From the sequence record SRR9188676_3688: 50,460 nucleotides of DNA; one strand, 5' to 3'. This document shows positions 1-9,043 of the stretch, in pieces. A model generated the notes under the pieces. That model was not told the origin of the DNA. It made no database searches and saw only the letters and a list, made by a program, of their open reading frames with translations. How positions within the stretch are numbered: position 1 is the stretch's first letter; every line of letters begins with the position of its first letter. The position numbers were made by a program, and so were the translations under genes.

Positions 1-77
1 GTCATCCCAGCGAAGGCTGGGATCTCAGGCATCGTAGCGCGTCATCGCCGGCGACCCCAGCCTTCGCTGGGGTGACG
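1..77. repeat. REP-like palindromic doublet (CGTC-type), possibly truncated by the window edge
   Basis: gtcatcccagcgaaggctgggatc (1-24) and gaccccagccttcgctggggtgac (53-76) are reverse complements with 2 mismatches. Each arm is itself a hairpin, and the right end is ...gacg (CGTC on the minus strand). Confidence 0.75.
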
Positions 78-104
78 AGTGATTTATATCCAGTCAGTCG
101 GCAC

Positions 105-1058
105 TCAGGCGGCCGCGCGCCGCAACCTGTCGTTGATCGCCGCGCCGATGCCGTCCGACGGGATCGGCGCCACTGCGATCCGGCTCGAAGCGGCAGCGTC
201 TGCGATATGTAGCGCTGCAAATAGCTGCGCCGCCGCCTCGCGCAGATCCGCCTCCTGGCTGAGGTTGATGTGGCAGGGCATCAGGCCGAAACCGATCAGA
301 TATTCGTCTTTGTCCGCGCGCAAAGCATTGAGCCGCACCGGCTTGGACGGCGCATAATGGCTTTCCAACTGGCCGGGCGCCTCGATCTTCGCATCGCCGC
401 CAATCACCACCGGCAGGCTGGTCGCTTCTTCGAGCATGGCCGCCGTCACAGGGCCGGGGCGCAGCAGGCGAATGCGGTCTTGCTCCGGCGCGGCGATCGT
501 GGATTCCAGCCCCTCGCTGGTCGGCCCTTCGTCCAGGATCATGCGGATCTTGCCGTCCAGGCTGGCCAGCACATGGTCGGCGCGCGTGGGGCTGATGGAC
601 CCGCTGCGATTGGCGGACGGGGCGGCCAGCGGACAGCCGCTCTCGCGGATCAGCGCGCGCATCGCCGGATGGGCGGGCAGGCGCAGCGCCACGGTCGGCA
701 GCCCCGCCGTCACCAGTGGCGACAGGCCACTGTCGGCCCGCACCGGCAGCACCAGCGTCAACGGCCCCGGCCAGAAACGATCGGCAAGCAGCGCTGCGGA
801 TGGCGAAATGTCGGCCAGTCGTTCCGCCATCGCCCGGTCGGCGACATGGACGATCAGCGGATTGAAGCTGGGGCGTCCCTTGGCGCTGTAGATGGCCGCG
901 ACGGCGTTGGTGTCGGTGGCATCGGCGGCCAGGCCATAGACCGTCTCGGTCGGCACGGCCACCGGTTCCCCCGCCCGGATCAACAGCGCAGCCTCCCGCA
1001 GGGCCTCACTGCCATAGCGGACGGACTTGGTGGAAAAGACTGGATGAGCGATGGTCAC
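105..1058 (-). CDS. sua5: L-threonylcarbamoyladenylate synthase (Sua5/TsaC, with C-terminal SUA5 domain)
   Basis: Motifs PTETVYGLAADA, KGRPSFNPLIVH, FWPGPLTLV, APSANRSG and PGQLESHYAP; GTG start. Confidence 0.95.
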   Translation of the reverse strand: MTIAHPVFSTKSVRYGSEALREAALLIRAGEPVAVPTETVYGLAADATDTNAVAAIYSAKGRPSFNPLIVHVADRAMAERLADISPSAALLADRFWPGPLTLVLPVRADSGLSPLVTAGLPTVALRLPAHPAMRALIRESGCPLAAPSANRSGSISPTRADHVLASLDGKIRMILDEGPTSEGLESTIAAPEQDRIRLLRPGPVTAAMLEEATSLPVVIGGDAKIEAPGQLESHYAPSKPVRLNALRADKDEYLIGFGLMPCHINLSQEADLREAAAQLFAALHIADAAASSRIAVAPIPSDGIGAAINDRLRRAAA

Positions 1059-1194
1059 AACCCCCGCGATATAGATCGCGGTTCAAGCGATTAAAAGGCC
1101 ATTGCGTCAGCGCCATGACAAGCGGGCCATGACAGGATAGCGATTGCCATCCATATGCTTGCGGCTGGCAACAAGCAGGGTTAAGCCCGCCGCC

Positions 1195-2013
1195 ATGAAC
1201 GACGCCCTTCTGACCCGCATTGCCGACGCGCTGGAGCGGCTGGCACCACCGCTTGCCTTGTCCGCCGATCTGACCGCGCATTCCGCTTATGTGTGGGATG
1301 GCCGCGCGATCCGCGCGGTGGAGGCGTTTGCGCCGGTGGATTATGATTTGCTGACCGGCATCGACGCGCAAAAGGGGCAGTTGCTCGACAATAGCCGGCG
1401 TCATGCGGCTGGCCATGCGGCCCATGACGCGCTGCTGTGGGGCGCGCGTGGTACCGGCAAGTCGGCGGTGGTCGCCGCCGTCGTCGGCCAGCTTCAGCAG
1501 GAAGGTCAGGATATCGCCCTGCTGCAATGCGCGATCGACGAACTGGCCAGCCTGCCGACGCTCTTCTCTCTGCTGCGCGGCACCAACCGGCCCTTCATCC
1601 TTTTCCTAGACGATCTGGGCTTTGACGAGGGCGGGGTGGGCGACGCCCGCACGCTGCGCTCGCTGCTTCAGGGTGGCACTGCCGCGCGCCCGGCCAATGT
1701 CCGCCTCTACGTCACCTCTAACCGCCGCCACATCGTGCCGCGCCATCTGTCGGAACAGGACGACCCCATCAATCCGCGCGACGTGGTGGACGACCGGATG
1801 GCCTTGTCCGACCGTTTCGGCCTCAGCCTGGGCTTCCATGCGCTCGATCAGGACGCCTATGTCGCGATCGTGGGCGGCTATGCGGCAAAGCTTGGCGTCA
1901 GTTTCGATCCGCTGGACGCGATCCAGTGGGCCACCCAGCGCGGCAGCCGGTCGGGCCGTGTCGCCTGGCAATATGTGGTCGAACTGGCCGGCCGAAACGG
2001 GCTGACGGTTTAA
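1195..2013 (+). CDS. DUF815-family AAA+ ATPase
   Basis: Walker A GARGTGKS, Walker B FILFLDD, YVTSNRRH, LSDRFGL and RSGRVAWQ. Confidence 0.9.
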   Translation: MNDALLTRIADALERLAPPLALSADLTAHSAYVWDGRAIRAVEAFAPVDYDLLTGIDAQKGQLLDNSRRHAAGHAAHDALLWGARGTGKSAVVAAVVGQLQQEGQDIALLQCAIDELASLPTLFSLLRGTNRPFILFLDDLGFDEGGVGDARTLRSLLQGGTAARPANVRLYVTSNRRHIVPRHLSEQDDPINPRDVVDDRMALSDRFGLSLGFHALDQDAYVAIVGGYAAKLGVSFDPLDAIQWATQRGSRSGRVAWQYVVELAGRNGLTV

Positions 2014-2019
2014 TCTTCC

Positions 2020-2086
2020 AACGTCCGTTCGTTTCTCGACCCTTCGACAGGCTCAGGACAGGCTTCGCTCGAAACGAACGGATGTT
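2020..2086. repeat. Palindromic intergenic element carrying a nested second repeat
   Basis: Arms are aacgtccgttcgtttc and gaaacgaacggatgtt. The interior is the family half-unit tttctcga|cttcgctcgaaacgaacgg, interrupted by cccttcgacaggctcaggacagg. It lies between convergent genes. Confidence 0.75.
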
Positions 2087-2091
2087 AGTTT

Positions 2092-3417
2092 TTACTGCGC
2101 CTTCGTCACGCGCCACACCACGCCGCCGACATCGTCACTGACCAGCAATGCGCCCTTGGCGTCGGCAGTGACGTCGACCGGGCGGCCATGGGCAGCGCCA
2201 TCCTTGTCCAGGAAGCCGGTCAGCACATCGACCGGCTTGGCCTTGCCCGCTTCGCCATCGGCAAAACCGACATAGACGACCTTGTACCCGGCGGCCGGCT
2301 TGCGGTTCCAACTGCCGTGCAGGCCGACGATCGCGCCGTCCGTAAAGGGCGCGCCCAGTTGCAGCTTGTCAACGAAGGTCAGGCCCAGCGGCGCGACATG
2401 GTTGCCCAGCGCATAGTCGGGCCGTTTGGTATATTCGCGGATTTCCGGACGCTGCGGCTGCACCCGGCGATCTTCATAGCCGCCCCAGTAATTCCAAGGC
2501 CAGCCATAGAAAGCGCCGAACTCCACCCGCGTCAGATAGTCGGGGACCAGGTCGCCGCCCAGCATGTCGCGCTCATTCACCACGCCCCACAATTCGCCGC
2601 TCTTGGGTTCGAACGCCAGACCGACCGGATTGCGCAGGCCCGACGCGAAGATGCGCTTGTAGCCGGTCTTGGGGTTGACCTCGAACACCAGCGCGCGGTT
2701 CTTTTCCACGTCCAGCCCATTGTCGCCGATATTGCTGTTGGACCCGACGCCGACATAGAGCAGCCCTTCGGGGCTCGCGGCTAGGCTCTTGGTCCAATGC
2801 TGATTGGGCGCTTGCGCTGGCAGGTCGATGATCTTGCGGCCCTTGTCCGTGATCTTCGTGTCGCCTTCCTTGTAGGGGAAGGCCATCAGCGCGTCGGTAT
2901 TGGCGACATAGAGCGTGTCGCCGATCAGGGCCATGCCATAGGGCGAATTGAGGCCGGTCAGGAACGCCGTCTTCGTCTCCGCCTTACCATCGCCATCGGT
3001 GTCGCGCAGCAGGGTGATGCGGTTGGCGGACGGCACGCCGGCGCCCGCCTTGTTCATCAGGAAATTCATCACCTTGTTGACGATGCCGCCCTGCGGACGC
3101 GGCGGGCTATTGGTTTCGGCCACCAATATGTCGCCATTGGGCAGGCGCAGCAGCGATCGCGGATGCGCCAGCCCTTCGGCATAGCGCGCGACGGTCAGCC
3201 CCTTGGCCGCCACCGGCTTTTCGTTCGCGGTCCATGGCTTTACCTCGGCGATGTTCACCGTCGGCAACATCTCGTTCTTCGCGGTGGTGAAGACCGGCTC
3301 CTTGCCCGTGTCCGCGCCCGGCGGCAGCTGTGCCGTGTTGCCTTGCGCCAGATAAAGGAACGTGCCGCCGCCAATCAGCAGCAGGATTGCGGGGATGGCG
3401 ATGATATGTTTTTTCAT
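2092..3417 (-). CDS. PQQ-dependent sugar / L-sorbosone dehydrogenase family protein (exported)
   Basis: N-terminal hydrophobic segment; motifs GLAHPR, GVGSNSN, FASGLRNPVG, VNERDMLG, HGSWNR and GRPVDV. Confidence 0.9.
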   Translation of the reverse strand: MKKHIIAIPAILLLIGGGTFLYLAQGNTAQLPPGADTGKEPVFTTAKNEMLPTVNIAEVKPWTANEKPVAAKGLTVARYAEGLAHPRSLLRLPNGDILVAETNSPPRPQGGIVNKVMNFLMNKAGAGVPSANRITLLRDTDGDGKAETKTAFLTGLNSPYGMALIGDTLYVANTDALMAFPYKEGDTKITDKGRKIIDLPAQAPNQHWTKSLAASPEGLLYVGVGSNSNIGDNGLDVEKNRALVFEVNPKTGYKRIFASGLRNPVGLAFEPKSGELWGVVNERDMLGGDLVPDYLTRVEFGAFYGWPWNYWGGYEDRRVQPQRPEIREYTKRPDYALGNHVAPLGLTFVDKLQLGAPFTDGAIVGLHGSWNRKPAAGYKVVYVGFADGEAGKAKPVDVLTGFLDKDGAAHGRPVDVTADAKGALLVSDDVGGVVWRVTKAQ

Positions 3418-3479
3418 GACGCCACATCTATGCGGACGCATGACCGTGGGCAAGAGGGCGGTGATGGGCGCGTTGCGCC

Positions 3480-3653
3480 TTATTTGCCCCGTTCGCGCAG
3501 CCACAGCAGCAGCGCGATCAATATGCCCGCGGCGGTGCCTGCCAGCAGGCCGATGCTCGGCTGGCCCATCAACCCGCCACCGATCGTCCCGGCAAGGATC
3601 AGGAATGCGATGATCGCGCCGGCGCCGGTCGGTTCTTTTTTGCGCTTGGTCAT
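3480..3653 (-). CDS. Small two-TM membrane protein (57 aa)
   Basis: MTKRKKEPTGAGAIIAFLILAGTIGGGLMGQPSIGLLAGTAAGILIALLLWLRERGK; ggcaagga-like RBS upstream. Confidence 0.7.
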   Translation of the reverse strand: MTKRKKEPTGAGAIIAFLILAGTIGGGLMGQPSIGLLAGTAAGILIALLLWLRERGK

Positions 3654-3894
3654 TCTTGCCCCTTGCCATGATAGGGGGATCAAGGCCAGATGCTTTGGTC
3701 GCAGGTGCGCGGCTAGGATGCAGTGGCTCGTTTTGGGATCATCCATCCCGTTTCGGGAAATATGTCCCACCATGGGACTTCCCTAATGATGCATTGACTC
3801 TCGTAAGGCGCCTGCGCCACCAAAGCGTTGAAATGGCACGGTGATTGATAGGCCTGTTCCCGTATAAGTCGCCAAGAATATATCGGGGGTTGCA

Positions 3895-4104
3895 ATGCAG
3901 GTTCCATATCTTTCGGATCGAAAGAGCTATGATGACGCGGCCGAACTGATGGCCATGTTCGGCGCCAATGCCGGCTATGAAGCCGCTGCGCGCGCTGACC
4001 GCAGCCTGGACATGGGCAACCACATCCATTTCTGCCACTGGCGCCAGATCGAGCGACTGATCGTGTTGCTCACCTACGACCAGCCGCTCGGCACCATCCA
4101 TTAA
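3895..4104 (+). CDS. Hypothetical protein (69 aa)
   Basis: Typical GC3-rich codon use, fills an intergenic gap, gggg upstream of the ATG. Confidence 0.75.
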   Translation: MQVPYLSDRKSYDDAAELMAMFGANAGYEAAARADRSLDMGNHIHFCHWRQIERLIVLLTYDQPLGTIH

Positions 4105-4113
4105 ACTCGATCG

Positions 4114-5058
4114 TTAGAGGCGCAGGCCCGCTGTTTCTGGCAGGCCCGCCAGGATATTGAGATTCTGGACTGCGGCACCCGCCGCGCCCTTGCCCAGATT
4201 GTCGAGCGCCGCGACCAGTCGCGCCTGACCGCTTGCCGCGCTGCCAAACACGAACAGCGCCAGCCGATCGGTCGCCCCGACATGTTCGATCGCGACATTG
4301 CCCAGCGCCGCGCTCTCGTCCAGCGAAGCGACGCTGACGATCTGCGATCCGGCATAGGCGCCAGCCAGCGCGGCGTGAATGTCGCCCAGCGCCGGTGCGC
4401 CCGGCATGGCGCGCAACTGCAACGGCACTTCCACGATCATGCCGCGATAGGCATTGGCCACCGCTGGCGCGAAGAGCGGCGGATGGGCAAGGCCCGAATA
4501 GCGGGTCATTTCCGGCACATGTTTGTGGCCCAGCGCCAGCCCATACGGGCGGAACGCGCTCGGTGCGCCTGTGTTGCCCTCATATTCGGCGATCATCGCC
4601 TTGCCGCCGCCCGAATAGCCCGACGCGCCTGACACGGTGACCGGCCAATCGGCAGGCAGCAACCCAGCCAGCACCAGCGGACGCACCAGCGCCAGAAAGC
4701 CGGTGGGCCAGCAGCCGGGATTGGCGACGAAGCGGCTGTCGGCCAACACGTCGCGATGCCCAGGCTCCAGTTCGGGGAAGCCGTAGGTCCAGCCGTCCGC
4801 CACGCGATGCGCGGTCGATGCGTCGATGACGCGCGTATGGCTATTGTCGATCAGCGACACGGCCTCCCGCGCGGCATCGTCCGGCAGGCAGAGAATGACC
4901 ACATCGGCCGCGTTCAGCGCGTCCCGGCGCGCACTGGCGTCGCGGCGCAGCTCTTCGGGCACCGTGATCAGCGACAGTTCCGGGCGACCGGCCAGCCGAT
5001 CGGCGATTTCGATGCCGGTGGTGCCATGCCCACCGTCGATAAAGACCTTCGTGCTCAT
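4114..5058 (-). CDS. argC: N-acetyl-gamma-glutamyl-phosphate reductase (type 2)
   Basis: MSTKVFIDGGHGTTG, DASTAHR, ANPGCWPT, SGYSGGG and DNLGKGAAG. Confidence 0.95.
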   Translation of the reverse strand: MSTKVFIDGGHGTTGIEIADRLAGRPELSLITVPEELRRDASARRDALNAADVVILCLPDDAAREAVSLIDNSHTRVIDASTAHRVADGWTYGFPELEPGHRDVLADSRFVANPGCWPTGFLALVRPLVLAGLLPADWPVTVSGASGYSGGGKAMIAEYEGNTGAPSAFRPYGLALGHKHVPEMTRYSGLAHPPLFAPAVANAYRGMIVEVPLQLRAMPGAPALGDIHAALAGAYAGSQIVSVASLDESAALGNVAIEHVGATDRLALFVFGSAASGQARLVAALDNLGKGAAGAAVQNLNILAGLPETAGLRL

Positions 5059-5963
5059 GCGCTGATTCTCCGCCGGGCGATAATGGGCTGCGGATGGGCG
5101 TCGGCAAGGCGCGCGACGACGTCTGCCAGCGGTTCCTGCACTACCGCCATCCAATGGGCATTGGCATGCAGCAGGGTCTTGGCGTCGCTCATGATGCCGA
5201 CATGACCGGGAAAGAAGATCAGGTCGCCACGCTGCAATGCCGCATCGCTGTCGATCGGCGCTCCGATTCCTTCGCATTGCAGATCGGTGTCGCGCGGTAC
5301 GGCGATCCCCACCTGGCCCAGTGCAACCTGCACCAGTCCCGAACAGTCGATCCCGCGATGGCCGCGCCCGCCCCAGATATAGGGCTGCCCCAGATAGCGC
5401 TGCGCCGTCGCAACCCAGTCGGCCGGTTTTGTATCGGCCGGCTCCGCATGGCGGACGTGGATATAGCCTTCGGCACAGGCGATGAAGCTGCCCTGCGCCT
5501 CGCCCGAAAACAACGCGCCGCCCGGCCAGTGATCGGCGATCGACGATTTGATGTCCGGCGCGCTGAACAGCGGCGCGCTTTCCACCTTGATGCGGTGAGT
5601 CGGCGTTTCCAGCAGGTCCAGTGCATCGCGGCGAATATAGCCGACATAGCCGTCATGGCCGCAAAAGCCCCAGGCCCAGTCGGTCATCACATCCAGCGCA
5701 TGAAAGGTTTCGCCGCGCAGCAATTCGCTCACGGCTTCGGCCGTCGGCGATGCGGCCGACACGATCGCCGCGCCGGGGGCCACGCAAGTCAGTGGAACGG
5801 CCTTGGCATAATGGGCGGAGAAGAGAACGCCGGCCAGCGAGAGATCGGCCAGGTCGCCACGCGCGGCATGGATGCGGCGGTCGAGCGCTACCGAACGCCC
5901 GTCGAGCTTGAAACGGGTTCTTTCAGGCGGTGCGTTCCGCGCGGAGTTGATCGTGCCTGTCAT
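5055..5963 (-). CDS. SH3 + NlpC/P60 (C40) cell-wall peptidase
   Basis: YIWGGRGHRGIDCSGLVQ, FFPGHVGI and LLHAN catalytic motifs; N-terminal SH3-like WAWG...DGYVGY. Confidence 0.9.
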   Translation of the reverse strand: MTGTINSARNAPPERTRFKLDGRSVALDRRIHAARGDLADLSLAGVLFSAHYAKAVPLTCVAPGAAIVSAASPTAEAVSELLRGETFHALDVMTDWAWGFCGHDGYVGYIRRDALDLLETPTHRIKVESAPLFSAPDIKSSIADHWPGGALFSGEAQGSFIACAEGYIHVRHAEPADTKPADWVATAQRYLGQPYIWGGRGHRGIDCSGLVQVALGQVGIAVPRDTDLQCEGIGAPIDSDAALQRGDLIFFPGHVGIMSDAKTLLHANAHWMAVVQEPLADVVARLADAHPQPIIARRRISA

Positions 5964-6318
5964 CGCGGCCGGTTCCTGCGATGAAATGGTGAAAGGCGTC
6001 AAGGAATTCCGCCCCTTTTGACGTCCGAGTGATGAAAATATTGCGACGATCGGCGACATCGCGCTCTCGGCGGAGGTAACCGAGCGCCGAAAGCTTGTTC
6101 AGCGCGCGAGTGATGACGGGTTTGGAAACATGTAGCGCCTCCGCCAGGCCGCGCACCGTATGCGGGCCAGACCCGATATATACGGTCATCATCAGGGCCA
6201 TCTGGCGGTTGGTCAGGTCGGGTTTCCCCGACCGGACATAATCGACCAGCGTGCGCATCCACTGTCCCAGGGGTTGAAGGGCGGGGCGCTCGGTTTCGGT
6301 GAGGCTATGCGCGTTCAT
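5923..6318 (-). CDS. MarR-family transcriptional regulator
   Basis: DLTNRQMALMM...TVRGLAEALHVSKPVITRALNKL...DRRN winged helix-turn-helix. Confidence 0.9.
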   Translation of the reverse strand: MNAHSLTETERPALQPLGQWMRTLVDYVRSGKPDLTNRQMALMMTVYIGSGPHTVRGLAEALHVSKPVITRALNKLSALGYLRRERDVADRRNIFITRTSKGAEFLDAFHHFIAGTGRDDRHDQLRAERTA

Positions 6319-6378
6319 GCCCCTTTAACGCACGATTCCCAATCCGGTTGCGTAACGGAATGAGAACCGGTCGCAGCT

Positions 6379-7776
6379 TTAATGGCTTCTGCCGTAGCGG
6401 CTCTGAAGAAGGTGGAAAACCGCGCGCAGGCCCAGCGCCTCGCCGCCCTTGGGCCGACCGGGTTTCGATGCAGGGCGCCAGGCAAATGTATCCAGATGGA
6501 GCCAGGGTGTCCCCTCCGGCACGAAGCGCTTGAGGAACAGCGCGGCGGTAATCGCGCCGGCAAAGCCGCCGTCCCCCGCATTGTTGATGTCCGCCACGTC
6601 GGACTTCAACATGTCGGCATATCCGTCCCACAGCGGCAGGCGCCAAGTGGGATCTTCGACCTGCGTGCCTGCCGCTGCGATGTCGGTCGCCAGAGCCTCG
6701 TCATTGGCGAACAAAGCCGGCAGGTCGGGGCCGACCGCGACCCGCGCCGCGCCGGTCAGCGTGGCGAAATCGACGATCAGATCGGGCTTCTCCTCGCCCG
6801 CGCGGGTCAGCGCATCTCCCAGCACCAGCCGCCCTTCCGCATCGGTATTGCCGATTTCGACGGATAGGCCCTTGCGCGTGCGCAAAATGTCGCCGGGGCG
6901 GAAGGCATTGCCGGCAATCGCATTTTCCGCAGCCGGGATCAGCAGGTGCAGCCGCACCGGCAGCCGCGCGCCCATGATCAGTTGGGCCAGCGCCAAGGCA
7001 TGTGCCGCGCCGCCCATATCCTTTTTCATGATACGCATGCCCGCCGACGGCTTGATGTCCAGGCCGCCGCTGTCGAAACAGATGCCCTTGCCGACGATGG
7101 CGATGCGCGGAAGCGCGGCATCGCCCCAATGAAGCTCGATCAGGCGTGGCGCGAAGCTCTTGTCCGCCGCCTTGCCCACGGCATGGATCATCGGGAAACC
7201 CTGCTCCAGCGCGTCGCCCCGGATGGTCGACACGCTTGCGCCGAACGCCGCGCCGACCTTCTCCACGGCCGCTTCCAGATCGGGCGGTCCCATGTCGGCG
7301 GCCGGTGTATTGACCAGGTCGCGGACCAGCGTCACCGCCTGCGCCAGCTGCACGGTTTGGCCGATCCGCGCCACATCGCCCGTCAGCAATATGCGCGCGC
7401 CGGCCTGCGCCTCATCCTTGCGATAACGGTCGAACCGATATTGTGCCGTCAGCCAGCCCAGCGCTGCCGCACCGGCCGACCCCTCGGCCAGGCGATAGCT
7501 ACCCTCCGGCAGAGTCTCGGCCAGCCGGGCAAGGCACCAGCTGCCCAGGGCTTCGCGATTGGCGACCCCGGCAACCACTGACCAATCATTGTCATGCTCG
7601 CCCGGCAGGATGGCGTGCTCATGCGGAAGCCCCTTGAACTTCTGCGCCGCTACCAAGGCGCGAACGGGCGCGGGGCGGCTGGCCAGCCAATTGTCGAAAC
7701 TCTTCGCGTCGATCAGGTGGATCGAACGGGCGGGCTGTTGATTGTCGGCTTTGAGCAGGTCTGAAAAATCGGTCAT
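6379..7776 (-). CDS. Leucyl aminopeptidase family (M17)
   Basis: VGKGICFDSGG, MKKDMGGAA, AAEN, NTDAEGRL and DFATLTGA. Confidence 0.95.
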   Translation of the reverse strand: MTDFSDLLKADNQQPARSIHLIDAKSFDNWLASRPAPVRALVAAQKFKGLPHEHAILPGEHDNDWSVVAGVANREALGSWCLARLAETLPEGSYRLAEGSAGAAALGWLTAQYRFDRYRKDEAQAGARILLTGDVARIGQTVQLAQAVTLVRDLVNTPAADMGPPDLEAAVEKVGAAFGASVSTIRGDALEQGFPMIHAVGKAADKSFAPRLIELHWGDAALPRIAIVGKGICFDSGGLDIKPSAGMRIMKKDMGGAAHALALAQLIMGARLPVRLHLLIPAAENAIAGNAFRPGDILRTRKGLSVEIGNTDAEGRLVLGDALTRAGEEKPDLIVDFATLTGAARVAVGPDLPALFANDEALATDIAAAGTQVEDPTWRLPLWDGYADMLKSDVADINNAGDGGFAGAITAALFLKRFVPEGTPWLHLDTFAWRPASKPGRPKGGEALGLRAVFHLLQSRYGRSH

Positions 7777-7867
7777 CCTGGCGATGTAAGGGAAAGGCGT
7801 CGGCGAAGGGAAGCGCAATTTTTTCATCGCTGCGCCGCCACGCTCGGCCCTTTCTTCATTTGCGATG

Positions 7868-7892
7868 TGAACCGGCTGAGCCTAGCTTCGTT
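7868..7892 (+). promoter_or_regulatory. Putative EcfG (general stress sigma) promoter
   Basis: tGAAC-N16-CGTT, against the consensus GGAAC-N16/17-CGTT, about 25 bp upstream of the ATG at 7917. Confidence 0.5.
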
Positions 7893-7916
7893 GCATAAGC
7901 AAGAAGGAGACGGACG

Positions 7917-8120
7917 ATGATTCATGGTGATGACCGCAGCTTGCAAGCTGTCAGGGCAAGGGCCTATGCGCTGGCCGAAACCGGTCAGTTCGACAACAGC
8001 AACGCCGTTCAGCAGGCGTTGATTGCAGAGGGCTGGTCCAATGCCGGCCGTGCGCTCGGCAGCGACTATGCGCGCCAGGCGATCGGCGAACGTTGTCGCG
8101 CCGCTGCAAAGGCGCATTGA
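7917..8120 (+). CDS. Hypothetical protein (67 aa)
   Basis: Strong RBS aaggag; the stop overlaps the next start (TGATG). Confidence 0.75.
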   Translation: MIHGDDRSLQAVRARAYALAETGQFDNSNAVQQALIAEGWSNAGRALGSDYARQAIGERCRAAAKAH

Positions 8121-8938
8121 TGCGGACAGGGTTTTTTGTTCCGGCGGCGGTCCTGCTGATCGCCGCCTGCGCGCCGTCGCAGGACAAGCAGAATGCGAGC
8201 GTCGCCGACAACGAGGCGGCGGCGCGTTTTGCCGACAAGATGGCGGGTACGCCGCAGCCATCGCCGCCCGCAAAACCGTTTGCGCAGGCGGACAAGAGCG
8301 AGTTTCTCGAATTTTCCTATGCCTATCCGGCGCAAGCGGCGGCAATTCCTTTTCTGGTCGAAAAATTCGGCAAGGATGTGGCGTCGTCAAAGGCCAATGC
8401 GTTGAAAATGGCGAAGGAAGACAGCGTTTCGGCCAAGGAGTCGGGCTACCCCTTCCGCCCGCACAGCATCGAAACCAAATGGCAGGTGGAGGCGGACACG
8501 CCACGCTTCCTGTCGCTGGAGTCGGAATCCTACGTCTATACCGGCGGCGCACATGGCATGACCGGCTATGACGTGGTTCTGTGGGATAAGGCACGGCGCC
8601 GCGAAACCAGCGTCAAGGCGGTGATGACCTCGCCGGCAGCTTTCGCCGCAGCGATCCGCGATCCCTTCTGCAAGGAACTGGACCGTCAACGTGCGGAAAA
8701 GCGCGGCGAGCCGGTCGTACGCGGTGACGACGACTTCACCCAATGTATCAATCCGATGGAGCAGGTGCTGGTCCCGACTTCCAGCAACGGCAAGCTGATC
8801 GACAGCATGACCGTGGTGGTCGGCCCCTATAATGCCGGCCCTTATGCGGAAGGCAGCTATGACGTGAAGCTGCCGGTCGACGCCGCCATGCGCAAGGCGA
8901 TCAAGACCGAATATCAGGACGGATTTGCAAGCCCCTGA
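8120..8938 (+). CDS. DUF4163/DUF3298 (PdaC/RsiV-like) lipoprotein
   Basis: Lipobox IAAC; YTGGAHG and PYNAGPYAEG motifs. Confidence 0.85.
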   Translation: MRTGFFVPAAVLLIAACAPSQDKQNASVADNEAAARFADKMAGTPQPSPPAKPFAQADKSEFLEFSYAYPAQAAAIPFLVEKFGKDVASSKANALKMAKEDSVSAKESGYPFRPHSIETKWQVEADTPRFLSLESESYVYTGGAHGMTGYDVVLWDKARRRETSVKAVMTSPAAFAAAIRDPFCKELDRQRAEKRGEPVVRGDDDFTQCINPMEQVLVPTSSNGKLIDSMTVVVGPYNAGPYAEGSYDVKLPVDAAMRKAIKTEYQDGFASP

Positions 8939-8971
8939 TATCTAAAAGCAATGATGTGAACTATGGCTCCG

Positions 8972-8997
8972 CGTTCCCCGGCTTGCGCCGGGGAACG
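8972..8997. terminator. Perfect 11-bp hairpin between convergent genes (terminator or solitary REP-like unit)
   Basis: cgttccccggc-ttgc-gccggggaacg. Confidence 0.55.
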
Positions 8998-9043
8998 ATA
9001 CACATGAGTCAACCTAATCGCATCGAGCAGCGACGAGGTATGT

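Noticed and set aside
1898-2116. Short ORFs spanning palindromic repeats (also 2-220 and 15676-15870)
   Set aside because: They are translations of repeat DNA (PVLSLSKG, VTPAKAGV, RLRSKRT), not genes.
3856-3870. Possible alphaproteobacterial LexA box (GTTC-N7-GTTC)
   Set aside because: The second half-site, AGTC, has two mismatches.
5923-5963. 41-bp overlap between the MarR and NlpC/P60 genes
   Set aside because: Explained by a variable tail or start-site uncertainty; no slippery site seen.
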